From positions 170,483 to 234,482 of the forward strand of contig JAFSFI010000010.1 in the NCBI GenBank assembly GCA_017435255.1: a stretch of 64,000 nucleotides of DNA, read 5' to 3'. Position 1 is the stretch's first letter. Every line of letters starts with the position of its first letter. Source of the DNA: Bacilli bacterium (GTDB taxonomy: Bacteria > Bacillota_I > Bacilli_A > RF39 > UBA660). The notes under the pieces are model-generated. The model saw nothing but the letters and a program-made list of their open reading frames with translations, was not told the origin of the DNA and searched no databases. This document shows, piece after piece, positions 10,066 to 20,166 of this stretch. The position numbers were made by a program, and so were the translations under genes.

Positions 10066-10768
10066 ATTAATTATAGATAATGTTGATGAATTAAGTGATT
10101 TAATAATAACTGAAGATACAAATCTTTTAATAAATTTAAATAATTCAAATGGGTTTATACATATAGATGTCATGGATAACATGTGTTTATATGTATTGGA
10201 ATTTGGTAATAATACCAAAAACAAAGTAGAGTATAATCTAAAAGCGAATAGCAAGGTAATAATTAATAAGGTATCAGTTAACACTAGTGATAAGGTATAT
10301 ATTAATTTAAATGGAGAAAATTCAAGTATAGTTTATAATACCAGTATAATAAATATAGAAAATAATATTTATTATCAAATGATTAATCACAATTGTTCCA
10401 ATACGATTAGTAATATAAACAATCATGCTATTAATGTTGGTGATAAATCGATGGTTTTAGATATAGATGCTAAAGTATTTAATGGTAGTTCTAATTGTGA
10501 AACAAATCAAGACAATAAAATTATTAACAACAGTTGTGGAAAGAACGAGATAAAACCAAACTTACTTGTGGATAACAATTTAATAGAAGCTACCCATTCG
10601 GCATATATAGGTAGTTTTTCACCTGATATTATTTTTTATTTGAAAACAAGAGGAATTAATGAAGAGCAAATACAAGAATTGTTAACTACAGGATTTTTAA
10701 TAGAAAAGATGGACTTATTAGATGAAGAAAAAGACACAATAACAACGTTTATTAAAAACTATATATAG
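10058..10768 (+). CDS. sufD: SufD (short form)
   Basis: C-terminal PNLLVD...ATHSAYIG...FYLKTRGI; position between sufC and sufS. Confidence 0.85.
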   Translation: MNKLIIDNVDELSDLIITEDTNLLINLNNSNGFIHIDVMDNMCLYVLEFGNNTKNKVEYNLKANSKVIINKVSVNTSDKVYINLNGENSSIVYNTSIINIENNIYYQMINHNCSNTISNINNHAINVGDKSMVLDIDAKVFNGSSNCETNQDNKIINNSCGKNEIKPNLLVDNNLIEATHSAYIGSFSPDIIFYLKTRGINEEQIQELLTTGFLIEKMDLLDEEKDTITTFIKNYI

Positions 10769-10779
10769 GAGGTGATTTT

Positions 10780-11976
10780 ATGAATCGTAATGACTTCGAT
10801 ATGCTTAATAGTGGACTTATTTATTTCGATAATGGTGCAACCACGTTAAAACCAAAGTGTGTTGTAAATGAAGTGGTAGATTATTATACAAAGTATACTG
10901 CTAATGCTCATAGAGGAGATTATGACATTAGTGCCATTGTAGACACAAAATATGAAGCAGTAAGAGATAAGGTAAAAAAGTTTATTAATGCAGATAGAAG
11001 AGATGAAATTATTTATACAAAAGGAAGTACCGAATCTATAAACACTATTGTGTTTGGATATATGATGAATAATTTAACTAGTGGTGATGAAATACTAATC
11101 ACAAAAAGTGAACATGCTTCTAATGTTCTTCCTTGGTTAGAGCTTGCGAAAAGAAAAGGTGTGGTAGTAAATTTTATTCCACTTAACAGTAAGCATGAAG
11201 TAACATTAGATAATATAAATTCTGTAATTACTAAGAATACAAAAGTTATCTCTTTAGCGCATGTAACCAATGTTATAGGGGATATAAGACCAATTGAAGA
11301 AATTGGTAAAGTATGTAAAGAAAAAGATATTATATTGGTAGTAGATGCTGCTCAAAGCATTGGGCATATGCCAATAGATGTAAATAAGTATAATATTTCT
11401 TTCTTAACATTTTCCGCTCATAAAATGTTGGGGCCTACTGGAATAGGTGTTCTTTATGGTAGATATGAGCTGCTAAACAAGTTAACACCACTAGAATATG
11501 GTGGCGGAATGAACACTTATTTTGAAAGTAATGGTGAACTTGAGTATAAACCACTACCAGAAAGGTTGGAAGCAGGTACTCAAAATATAGCTGGAGTATT
11601 AGGTTTAGGTGCAGCTATTGATTATTTAGAAAATATTGGATTAGAAAATATCCATAAATATGAATTGGAACTTAAGAAATATGCAATAGAAAAATTAAAA
11701 AGTGTCCCTAATATAAAAATATATAATGAAAACTCTCAAAGTGGTGTTGTAATATTTAATATTGATAAAATTTTTAGTCAGGATGTAGCAGTATTTTTAA
11801 ATCATTTTGGAATTTGTGTAAGAGCAGGTAACCATTGTGCTAAAATAGTTAAGGATGAAATAAATGTTACAAATACGTGTAGAGCTAGTTTTTATTTATA
11901 CAACACAAAAGAAGAAATAGATAAATTGGTGGAAGCATTGAATAATCAAGACAAAATATTTGAAATAATTTTATAA
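10780..11976 (+). CDS. sufS: Cysteine desulfurase SufS
   Basis: YFDNGATT, SAHKMLGPTG, RAGNHCA. Confidence 0.95.
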   Translation: MNRNDFDMLNSGLIYFDNGATTLKPKCVVNEVVDYYTKYTANAHRGDYDISAIVDTKYEAVRDKVKKFINADRRDEIIYTKGSTESINTIVFGYMMNNLTSGDEILITKSEHASNVLPWLELAKRKGVVVNFIPLNSKHEVTLDNINSVITKNTKVISLAHVTNVIGDIRPIEEIGKVCKEKDIILVVDAAQSIGHMPIDVNKYNISFLTFSAHKMLGPTGIGVLYGRYELLNKLTPLEYGGGMNTYFESNGELEYKPLPERLEAGTQNIAGVLGLGAAIDYLENIGLENIHKYELELKKYAIEKLKSVPNIKIYNENSQSGVVIFNIDKIFSQDVAVFLNHFGICVRAGNHCAKIVKDEINVTNTCRASFYLYNTKEEIDKLVEALNNQDKIFEIIL

Positions 11977-11991
11977 AAAGAGGTGTTAATA

Positions 11992-12417
11992 ATGGACGAA
12001 AAATTAAAAAGAGATATTATATTAGATAATTATCAAAATCCAACGAATAGGGGGCTTGTTGATACACAAGGTTATATAAGGGTTAATACTAGGAATTCTT
12101 CTTGTGTTGACAACATTGATGTTATGGCAAAATTAGAAAATGGTATTTTTATAGATATCAGATTTGATGGAGAAGCGTGCGCCATATCAACTTCTGCCAC
12201 TTCCATTATGATAAAAACATTAATTGGAAAAAATATAGAAGAAGTAAAATATATTATTGATAATTATGAAAAAATGATTAATGAAGAACCATACGATAAA
12301 GATTTATTAGGAGAGCTTGTTGTTTACGATACTATTTCAAAACAACCAAGTCGTAAAAAATGTGCAGCACTTCCTTTTGAATCGATTAAGAAAATAATTG
12401 AACAAGCAAATATGTAG
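11992..12417 (+). CDS. sufU: SufU sulfur-transfer protein
   Basis: SSCVD, GEACAISTSA, RKKCA. Confidence 0.92.
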   Translation: MDEKLKRDIILDNYQNPTNRGLVDTQGYIRVNTRNSSCVDNIDVMAKLENGIFIDIRFDGEACAISTSATSIMIKTLIGKNIEEVKYIIDNYEKMINEEPYDKDLLGELVVYDTISKQPSRKKCAALPFESIKKIIEQANM

Positions 12418-12426
12418 GAGGACAAC

Positions 12427-12789
12427 ATGATTTATAGAGGGATAGTTTTAATATCCGTAAGAACTTATTTAGGTCTTCAAAATGGAACTGACCATTGGAG
12501 ATTTTCTAAATATGCGATTGGTATAGAACTAGAAGACGGAAGTGTAATGGATTATAAAACTGGAAAGATTTTTAATTACATTAAAAGAGATGAAAAAGGT
12601 AATCTGATGGCTAATAGGGAAGCTATGAATGTAGGTCATATTTATGCAGTTGCATGTTTTGATGAAGAATTAAATAAAAGAAATGTTTATAGTTCCAGAA
12701 GGATAGACAAATATATTCAACAATCCGAAATATTTCGTGATGAATATAAGAATATAGGAAAAGGACCTAGGTTAGTAAAAAAAAGATAA
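12427..12789 (+). CDS. Hypothetical protein inside the suf operon
   Basis: AGGAGG RBS; fills the gap between sufU and sufB; no recognised motif. Confidence 0.7.
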   Translation: MIYRGIVLISVRTYLGLQNGTDHWRFSKYAIGIELEDGSVMDYKTGKIFNYIKRDEKGNLMANREAMNVGHIYAVACFDEELNKRNVYSSRRIDKYIQQSEIFRDEYKNIGKGPRLVKKR

Positions 12790-12804
12790 TAGAAAGGAGG
12801 CACT

Positions 12805-14112
12805 ATGGAAATTGTAGGAATTAATGAAGAGAAAATTAAAGAAATATCAAAAATCAAACAAGAAGAAGAATGGGTATTAAATTATAGAATAGATAGTTAT
12901 AAGAAGTTCTGCAATTTAGAAATGCCTTCTTACGGACCTAGTTATGATATAGATTTTGATAAGATAATATATTATAAATCAAGTGATGAAAAAATAGAGA
13001 ATAGTTGGGATAATATTGATTCAAATATAGCATGTGAATTTAAAAACTTGGGTGTAATTGATAGTGAAAAAAATCTTGATGGTATAGGTGTTCAATATGA
13101 AAGTGAAGTAATATATCATAATATGATCGATGAATTACAACAAAAAAATGTAATATTTACTTCTATTGAAGATGCTATGAAAAAACACCCAGAAATTGTA
13201 AAAAAATATTTTTCAACTATTGTAAAAAATGATGAAAATAAATTTGCTGCATTAAATAGTGCAGTTTTTAGTGGGGGAAGCTTTATATACATTCCACCTA
13301 ATACTAAGTTGGATAGACCACTTCATAGTTATTTTAGAATTAATTCAAGAAGCATGGGACAATTTGAAAGGACTTTAATCATTGTCGACGATAATAGTGA
13401 ACTTCATTATGTAGAAGGTTGTACAGCACCTAATTATAGTGATTCATCTTTACATGCTGCTGTAGTAGAAATTTATGTAGGAAAAAATAGTAAATGTAGA
13501 TATAGTACTATTCAAAATTGGGCACATAATGTTCTTAATTTAGTTACAAAAAGAGCATTAGTAGATGAAGGTGGTACTATGGAGTGGATTGATGGTAACA
13601 TAGGAAGTAAAGCTACTATGAAATATCCGGCATGTATTCTTAAGGGGGATAACTCTAGTGGGACATGTATTACTATAAGTGTTGCTACAGATGGACAACA
13701 ACAGGACAGTGGTGCTAGAATGATACATTTAGGAAAAAATACCAAAAGCAACATAATTTCTAAAAGTATTGCCAAAAACGGAGGCAATGCTAGTTACAGA
13801 GGAAAGGTTGATATAAAGAAAACCGCAGAAAATAGTGAGGCTTTAATTAAGTGTGATACATTAATTTTAGATGAAATTTCCAAAAGTGATACTTTTCCAA
13901 CAAATATTTGTTCCAATAATTCTAGTGCTTTAGAACATGAAGCAACAGTATCTAAAATTAGTGAAGATAAATTGTTTTACTTTATGTCTAGAGGTATACC
14001 AAGAGAAAAAGCTACAGAATTAATCCTACTTGGTTTTATTGAGAAGTTTAGAGAAGAATTACCTTTAGAATATGCAGTAGAGTTAAATCAGTTATTAAAA
14101 CAAAATTTATAA
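12805..14112 (+). CDS. sufB: Fe-S scaffold SufB
   Basis: GQFERTLII, HYVEGCTAP, LHAAVVE, LEHEATVSKI, LPLEYAVE. Confidence 0.96.
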   Translation: MEIVGINEEKIKEISKIKQEEEWVLNYRIDSYKKFCNLEMPSYGPSYDIDFDKIIYYKSSDEKIENSWDNIDSNIACEFKNLGVIDSEKNLDGIGVQYESEVIYHNMIDELQQKNVIFTSIEDAMKKHPEIVKKYFSTIVKNDENKFAALNSAVFSGGSFIYIPPNTKLDRPLHSYFRINSRSMGQFERTLIIVDDNSELHYVEGCTAPNYSDSSLHAAVVEIYVGKNSKCRYSTIQNWAHNVLNLVTKRALVDEGGTMEWIDGNIGSKATMKYPACILKGDNSSGTCITISVATDGQQQDSGARMIHLGKNTKSNIISKSIAKNGGNASYRGKVDIKKTAENSEALIKCDTLILDEISKSDTFPTNICSNNSSALEHEATVSKISEDKLFYFMSRGIPREKATELILLGFIEKFREELPLEYAVELNQLLKQNL

Positions 14113-14150
14113 AAATTATGTGTTATTTAATATTAATTAATTATTAATTG

Positions 14151-14192
14151 AGAATATTGTTTTTTGTTAAAACAAAGAATGATATTCTTTTT
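14151..14192 (+). terminator. Long-stem terminator of the suf operon
   Basis: 18-nt arms at 14151-14168 and 14171-14188 pair fully (3 G-U), followed by a T-run. Confidence 0.7.
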
Positions 14193-14275
14193 ATAATTTT
14201 TAAATAAAATATATTTTTGTCAGTTTGTGTAGTCTTTTTTTTCGTGGTAAATTTAACAAGAAAGGAGGAAATAAC

Positions 14276-14614
14276 ATGTTAAATCAGGTGGTTTTGGTTG
14301 GAAGATTAACAAAAGATTTAGAACTAACTAAAACAGAAGGGAACAAGCATTATTCACATATAACTTTAGCAGTTCCTAGAAGTTTTAAAAATATGAATGG
14401 TGAATACGAAACGGATTTTATTGATTGTATTTTATGGGATAGTGTAGCTAAATCCACTTCAGAATATTGTCATAAAGGTGATATTGTTGGTGTAAAAGGA
14501 AGAATACAAAACGAAGTGGTAGAAAAAGAAGGAATAAAAAAATATTATATGAATGTTATAGCAGAAAGAGTAACATTTTTATCAAGTAATAATCAAAAGA
14601 AAGCAGATGAATAA
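14276..14614 (+). CDS. ssb: Single-stranded DNA-binding protein, short SsbB-like form
   Basis: MLNQVVLVGRLTKD...ETDFIDC...KGDIVGVKGRIQ; lacks the long acidic DDDLPF tail. Confidence 0.9.
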   Translation: MLNQVVLVGRLTKDLELTKTEGNKHYSHITLAVPRSFKNMNGEYETDFIDCILWDSVAKSTSEYCHKGDIVGVKGRIQNEVVEKEGIKKYYMNVIAERVTFLSSNNQKKADE

Positions 14615-14740
14615 TCTGCTTTTTTAATGTATTTTTGTTTGCTAGTGGGTAATACTAATTATAGTGAAGTTTCTTTTTAGTTAACTTTAAACTTTGAGCA
14701 AATTGAATTAATTATAATGAAGTTGCTTAGGAGTGGTATT

Positions 14741-15106
14741 ATGGCATTAATGGGGCAAAGAATAAAAGAATTACGTAAAAGTAAAGGTTTAACACAGCAG
14801 GAGTTAGGTAAAATATTAAATGTTACCAAAGTAAGTATTTGTTGCTATGAAAAAGGAACTAGAACTCCATCGCTTGATACTTTGATAGACTTATCTAATT
14901 TTTTTAGAGTTAGCCTAGATTATTTTGTAGGGAACGATACTTTCGTTGTATCAAACGAAAATAAAGACTATGGTATGAAAATGGCAAAGGAAGAAATAGC
15001 AATAATAGAAGAATTAAGAAAAAGTAGTAACGATGTTGTATATAATAAACTTTTAGAGGATCCTAAAAGAACAATTGAACTAATTAATAATAGATTAAGA
15101 TACTAA
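14741..15106 (+). CDS. XRE-family HTH regulator
   Basis: RIKELRKSKGLTQQELG...YEKGTRTPS...FRVSLDY. Confidence 0.88.
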   Translation: MALMGQRIKELRKSKGLTQQELGKILNVTKVSICCYEKGTRTPSLDTLIDLSNFFRVSLDYFVGNDTFVVSNENKDYGMKMAKEEIAIIEELRKSSNDVVYNKLLEDPKRTIELINNRLRY

Positions 15107-15117
15107 TTGTATCTTTT

Positions 15118-15969
15118 TTATTTGTCAAAATATTTAAAATAATATTCTTCATAGGTTAAATTATTTTGTTTGATAAAGGTTGCGATATTAACTCCGACAT
15201 ATCTATAATGCCATGGTTCATACATGTATCCTGTTATATGTTCTTTTCCTTTAGGATATCTCAAAATAAATCCATATTTATGAGCATTTTCTAACATCCA
15301 TTTATATTCTTTAGTAGTATCGAAATTATTATAGTTAGTGATTTTGTTATCAACATCAACAGCAAAACCAGTTTGGTGTTCTGAAAATCCTGGTCTAGCT
15401 GAGTATTTATCTGCTTTCTCAACACCATCTTCTTTTATATATTTATTATATAAGTTGGACTGATAATCATAACTTCTATAAGTTGATATTGCTCTAATTG
15501 TTAGTCCTTCTTCCTTTGCCTTTTTTGCTAAAAACTCAAATGAAATTTTAGCAGTATTAACTAATTTTTTGCCAGGAACAGAATAATTATTGTCAATTTC
15601 TTCTAAATTATTTGGTATATAATCTTTATTTAGATAATAAAACTTATTTACTAGTACATAGTTAGTTCCGGCTTTTGGAGCTTCCTTAATGTTTGTATAA
15701 AAGTTTTGATCTATGCCTATATTAACATGTAGAACTACGTCACTATTAGATAACGATTTGTTTCTTTTTTTATAAGAAATATATCTATCTAAATAATCTT
15801 CTTTAAAATAATTTATTTTTTTATTAATATTTCCTAAGAAGTTGAACTTATCTTCTATATTAATTTGTTTATTAATATTCTTTTGTTTTTCTTTAGAAAA
15901 AACCTTGTTTATTGTAAAAAAACTGATAATTATTGTGGCAATAATAGATATAATAATTTTTTTGTTCAT
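15118..15969 (-). CDS. M15B D,D-carboxypeptidase (VanY/LdcB-like)
   Basis: STYRSY, SARPGFSEHQTG, YEPWHYRYVG; N-terminal TM. Confidence 0.9.
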   Translation of the reverse strand: MNKKIIISIIATIIISFFTINKVFSKEKQKNINKQINIEDKFNFLGNINKKINYFKEDYLDRYISYKKRNKSLSNSDVVLHVNIGIDQNFYTNIKEAPKAGTNYVLVNKFYYLNKDYIPNNLEEIDNNYSVPGKKLVNTAKISFEFLAKKAKEEGLTIRAISTYRSYDYQSNLYNKYIKEDGVEKADKYSARPGFSEHQTGFAVDVDNKITNYNNFDTTKEYKWMLENAHKYGFILRYPKGKEHITGYMYEPWHYRYVGVNIATFIKQNNLTYEEYYFKYFDK

Positions 15970-16156
15970 AAATATCCTCCAAATGATAATTCTATTATTA
16001 TTAAACTTTATGTCGATAACACTCGTTTTATATTAAGAATACTTATTTTTATAATGATATTGTCAATAATTGTAAAATACGTTTTAAAATAATTACTAAA
16101 TTCTTTTTCTTATGCAATAATTGTGATATCATCAAACTAGAATAGGAGTGAAAAAT

Positions 16157-16867
16157 ATGAATAATGATAATTTTTATAACGGGGGACAACCACAAAACAA
16201 TATGAATCCAGGAATGTCAGGGATGCAATCACAAAACAACATGAATCCGGGGATGCCAGGAGTGCAACCACAAAACAATATGAATCCAGGAATGTCAGGA
16301 ATGCAATCACAAATCAACATGAATCCAGGGATGCCAGGAGTACAACCACAAAACAATATGAATCCAGGAATGGTAAATCCATATAATCAATATCCAGGTG
16401 TTGCTGGAGTACAACCTAAGAAACCTATCAATAAAAATTTGATAATTGGTATTGGTGCTATTGTTGGTATTGCAATAATTGTTATAATCTTATTTGCTAC
16501 AGGTATAATTGGTGGTAAAACTTTAACCTGTACAAAAAGTGAAACAACTATGGGAATGACCATGAAAGAGGAAATGAAAATAAAATTTAAAGACGACCAT
16601 GCTAATAAAATAACTAGTAAAGCCACTATAATATATGGTGATAACTCAGAATACAAAGAGTATATGGAAGAAGCATTTAAAGAAGAAGTTGAAGAATTAA
16701 AAGAAGAAGGAATTAACGCTGAACTTAAAACGACAGACGATTCTCTTACAGTGACCTTCACTTTAGAAAAAGATAAAGCTTTAGATTATTATTATATTGA
16801 CGAAGAAGAAAGCACATATGAAGAGATAAAAGAATCTTTAGAATCATCAGGTTACACTTGTAAATAA
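16157..16867 (+). CDS. Membrane protein with cytoplasmic Q/N/M/P/G repeats and a small extracellular domain
   Basis: 13-aa repeats, a single TM, then KTLTCT...SGYTCK domain with paired Cys. Confidence 0.75.
   Translation: MNNDNFYNGGQPQNNMNPGMSGMQSQNNMNPGMPGVQPQNNMNPGMSGMQSQINMNPGMPGVQPQNNMNPGMVNPYNQYPGVAGVQPKKPINKNLIIGIGAIVGIAIIVIILFATGIIGGKTLTCTKSETTMGMTMKEEMKIKFKDDHANKITSKATIIYGDNSEYKEYMEEAFKEEVEELKEEGINAELKTTDDSLTVTFTLEKDKALDYYYIDEEESTYEEIKESLESSGYTCK
16187..16372 (+). repeat. In-frame 39-bp tandem repeat (about 4.8 copies, alternating A/B, i.e. a 78-bp unit)
   Basis: caaccacaaaacaatatgaatccaggaatgtcagggatg alternating with caatcacaaaacaacatgaatccggggatgccaggagtg. Confidence 0.92.
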
Positions 16868-16882
16868 TACTTTAATACTATT

Positions 16883-16910
16883 TAGGCAAATGCAAAGCAT
16901 TTGCCTTTTA
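16883..16910 (+). terminator. Intrinsic terminator
   Basis: aggcaaatgc-aaa-gcatttgcct followed by a T-run. Confidence 0.8.
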
Positions 16911-16972
16911 TATGTTTAAATTTAATAATATAAATATTTTTTATCACATATTTATTTAATAGAGGTGAAATT

Positions 16973-18124
16973 GTGATAAAAAAGATATTGATTATTTTTA
17001 TGATTTTGTTATTTCTTTGCCCTATAAATATTTATGCTGAAGAAAGTTTGTTAGCAAATGCTAAAAGTGGAATGTTGATTGAGGCTACAACAGGTAAAAT
17101 ATTATATGAAAAAAACAAAGACGAAAGAGTTTCTGTTGCATCAATGACAAAAATGGTAGCTCAAATTATTATTTTAGAGAATATTGAAAAAGGAACGCTT
17201 TCTTGGGATGAAAAAATAACTGTTAGTAAAAATGCTGCCGATATGGGTGGTTCTCAAATATGGTTACAACAAGGTGAACAAATGACAGTAAGGGATTTAA
17301 TGAAAGGAATAACCATGGCAAGCGCTAATGATGCAACGGTTGCTCTTGCAGAAAGAATTGCTGGAACAGAGCAGGCATTTGTAGAAAAGATGAATAAGAA
17401 AGTTAAGGATTTAGGACTAAAAAATACAAACTTTGTTAATCCAACTGGGTTGGATGAAGATAACCATTATTCCTCAGCATACGATATGTCGGTTATTGCT
17501 CAAGAACTATTAAAACATGAGGATATATTAGAATTCTCATCTGTTTATGAAGATTATATTAGACAAGATACACCAAATAAATTTTGGGTTGTAAATACAA
17601 ATAAATTAATTAGATTTTATGATGGAGCAGATGGTCTAAAAACTGGATTTACAGATAATGCGGGATACTGTATGGCGGTTACCGCAAAAAGGGATGGTAT
17701 GAGATTAATTGCAATAACTTTAGGGGAAGAAAAAGGAAGTGTAAGAAACACTGAAACATCCGAGTTGTTAGATTATGGATTTAATCTTTATAAAGTAGAT
17801 AAAATAAAAAATAAAGGAGATATAATAGAAAAAGTAAAAATAGATAAAGGTACTAAAGATAAAATAAAAATATCGGTTGAAGAAGACGTAGTAATACTTA
17901 AGAAAAAAACTGAAATTAGTAAAAAATATGATTTAGAAACAAAAATCAATGATATTAGTTTGCCCATTAAAAAAGGTGATGTATTAGGCAAACTTTTAGT
18001 CAAGGATAATGGAAAAGTTGTAAAAGAAGTAGATTTGGTTGCTCTAGAAAATGTTGAAAAATTAGGTTACTTTAAAACGATCCTAGAGACTATTAAAGAC
18101 GTGATAACCGGCAGAATGTTATAA
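16973..18124 (+). CDS. dacF: S11 D-Ala-D-Ala carboxypeptidase, DacF-like
   Basis: SMTK, SAND, KTG motifs; GGSQIWL; upstream of the spoIIA-spoVA region as in Bacillus. Confidence 0.82.
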   Translation: MIKKILIIFMILLFLCPINIYAEESLLANAKSGMLIEATTGKILYEKNKDERVSVASMTKMVAQIIILENIEKGTLSWDEKITVSKNAADMGGSQIWLQQGEQMTVRDLMKGITMASANDATVALAERIAGTEQAFVEKMNKKVKDLGLKNTNFVNPTGLDEDNHYSSAYDMSVIAQELLKHEDILEFSSVYEDYIRQDTPNKFWVVNTNKLIRFYDGADGLKTGFTDNAGYCMAVTAKRDGMRLIAITLGEEKGSVRNTETSELLDYGFNLYKVDKIKNKGDIIEKVKIDKGTKDKIKISVEEDVVILKKKTEISKKYDLETKINDISLPIKKGDVLGKLLVKDNGKVVKEVDLVALENVEKLGYFKTILETIKDVITGRML

Positions 18125-18149
18125 TATATAACTAAATTAATTAAATAAT

Positions 18150-18178
18150 TTGACAAAAAAAATAAACGATGTTACTAT
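18150..18178 (+). promoter_or_regulatory. SigA promoter of the leader peptide/ABC transporter
   Basis: TTGACA-N17-TACTAT. Confidence 0.85.
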
Positions 18179-18210
18179 GTTAGTGAATTTAAAGAGAAAG
18201 GAGTGAAAAA

Positions 18211-18300
18211 ATGAAGATAGTGAATTTTAATAGTTTTAATAATTTTATAGTGGTTTCAAAAAGTAGAGTGGGAGAACTTCTTTGTTTTTTCACACTTTAA
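18211..18300 (+). CDS. Leader peptide, 29 aa
   Basis: Not in the ORF track. AAAGGAGTG RBS; MKIVNFNSFNNFIVVSKSRVGELLCFFTL. Confidence 0.7.
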   Translation: MKIVNFNSFNNFIVVSKSRVGELLCFFTL

Positions 18301-18350
18301 AAATATAAAAATACTTTGTGAGACTACTGTAAATGCAGTAGTTTTTTATT
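18249..18350 (+). promoter_or_regulatory. Transcription attenuator with mutually exclusive antiterminator and terminator
   Basis: Terminator actactg/cagtagt (18323-18342) plus U-tract; 18249-18265 pairs with 18312-18328 at 16 of 17 positions, including 2 G-U. Confidence 0.72.
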
Positions 18351-18362
18351 TAGGAGGTTGTT

Positions 18363-20093
18363 ATGAAAAATTTAAAAGAATTTAAACCTCTAATTAGGCT
18401 AATAGGAAAAGATAAAAATAGACTTATTATAGCTAGTGTATTAATATTTGTTGTTGGAACATTTGAAATATTTACTGGATATTTAAATGGTTCTGCAGTA
18501 GAAGCAATTACTAATTTAAATGTAAAAAGAGCTTTAATATATTTAGGTCTTTATTTAGCAATAGAATTAATCGCAGAAGGTGTTGTCATGCATACAGCAA
18601 ATTCTATGCTTTATAAAGTTGAAAGCGCGTTAACTCGTAAATTGGGATTTTTTACTTATAGAAAATCATTACATCTACCTGCATGTGCCTATGAAAAACA
18701 ATCGTCTGGTGAAATAATTAACAGAATAACACATGATGCTGATTCACTTAGCTTTGCTTTTGGAAGGCTATTAAATGTAGTATCATCTTTAGTATCATCT
18801 TTTATAATTATTATATATGTATTTTTTAATTCTTGGATTATTGGATTAGAAATATTGGTGTTAGTTTCAATCTTATTTCTTGTTTTAAAAAAATATAATC
18901 CAAAGTTAAAACAAGTTCATAAGGAAAGAAAAGATGAGCAAGATAAGTTTACATCTTTAGTAACAGAGTCTGTTAGAGGAATAAGAGAAATAAAAACATT
19001 AGGTATCAAATCTAGTTTAATTACTGATATGACAGTAATTATAAAAAGGATATTTAATAAAAGTGAAAAAGAAATTGATATACAAAAAGAATTTAATATT
19101 ATTACAAGGTTTTTAAAAACCACATTAGAAGTTGGTACTTTTGCAACTTGTGTAATTTTATTATATTATGGACAAATTAGTTTAACTTTCTTTATTGCTA
19201 TGACTTACTATATATATAGATATATGTGGTTAATTGAAAATATAAATGATTTAACGCAAACATATCAAAAATTAATCGTATCAATAACTAGGGTAAACGA
19301 AATACTTGAAAATAAATTATATGAAGATGAGTATTTTGGCGAAAAACGATTAAAAAATGTCCAAGGTGTTATAGAGTTTAAGGATATATTATTTTCTTAT
19401 CCCGGAGAAGATATAACTTTAAATCATTTTAATTTAAAAATAGAACCAAATAAAAAAATAGCTATTGTTGGTAAATCAGGACAAGGAAAATCTACTATAT
19501 TTAATTTAATTACTAGAATATTTGATCCAAATAGTGGTGAAATATTATTGGATGGAATAAACATTAAAAAATTAAGAGAAGATGAACTAAGGCGCCATAT
19601 ATCTATTATTAGGCAAGAGCCATTCATATTTAATAGAACAATTAAAGAGAATTTTGAATTAGTAAAACCCAAAATAACATTAAAAGAAATTAGAAAATAT
19701 GCAAAAATGGCGTATTTAGACGATTATATAATGTCTTTGCCTAATAAGTATGATACTCTTTTAGGAGAAGGTGGGGTTAACTTATCAGGTGGTCAAAAAC
19801 AAAGACTATCAATTGCTAGAACTTTGTCAAAGAATAGTAAAGTAATATTATTCGATGAAGCTACAAGTGCATTAGATAACAATTCGCAAGAATATATAAA
19901 GAAAGCAATTGATTATTTGGTTAAGGATCATACTGTTATAATAGTTGCTCATAGACTTTCTACAATAATAGATGCAGATATTATACATGTTGTTGATAAA
20001 GGAAAAATAATCGCATCAGGAAATCATGAAGAATTATTAAAGACTAATAAAATTTACAAACAATTATATGAAACAGAATCTTTAAATTCATAA
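18363..20093 (+). CDS. ABC exporter, fused TMD and NBD (MsbA/multidrug-like)
   Basis: N-terminal TM helices; GKSGQGKS, LSGGQKQR, DEATSALD, AHRLST. Confidence 0.92.
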   Translation: MKNLKEFKPLIRLIGKDKNRLIIASVLIFVVGTFEIFTGYLNGSAVEAITNLNVKRALIYLGLYLAIELIAEGVVMHTANSMLYKVESALTRKLGFFTYRKSLHLPACAYEKQSSGEIINRITHDADSLSFAFGRLLNVVSSLVSSFIIIIYVFFNSWIIGLEILVLVSILFLVLKKYNPKLKQVHKERKDEQDKFTSLVTESVRGIREIKTLGIKSSLITDMTVIIKRIFNKSEKEIDIQKEFNIITRFLKTTLEVGTFATCVILLYYGQISLTFFIAMTYYIYRYMWLIENINDLTQTYQKLIVSITRVNEILENKLYEDEYFGEKRLKNVQGVIEFKDILFSYPGEDITLNHFNLKIEPNKKIAIVGKSGQGKSTIFNLITRIFDPNSGEILLDGINIKKLREDELRRHISIIRQEPFIFNRTIKENFELVKPKITLKEIRKYAKMAYLDDYIMSLPNKYDTLLGEGGVNLSGGQKQRLSIARTLSKNSKVILFDEATSALDNNSQEYIKKAIDYLVKDHTVIIVAHRLSTIIDADIIHVVDKGKIIASGNHEELLKTNKIYKQLYETESLNS

Positions 20094-20166
20094 GATAGCA
20101 AATTTTTGCTATCTTTTTTTAGGAAATTAAATAATAAAAAGAGTATATATACTTGAGGTGAAATTT

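Noticed and set aside
14276-15106. ssb plus XRE regulator as a prophage remnant
   Set aside because: No other phage genes; a terminator separates them; short Ssb paralogues are common on chromosomes.
15118-15969. VanY-like gene as vancomycin resistance
   Set aside because: No vanHAX or vanRS nearby; stand-alone M15B carboxypeptidases are housekeeping enzymes.
16187-16372. 39-bp repeats as a CRISPR array
   Set aside because: They are in-frame coding repeats with no unique spacers and no cas genes.
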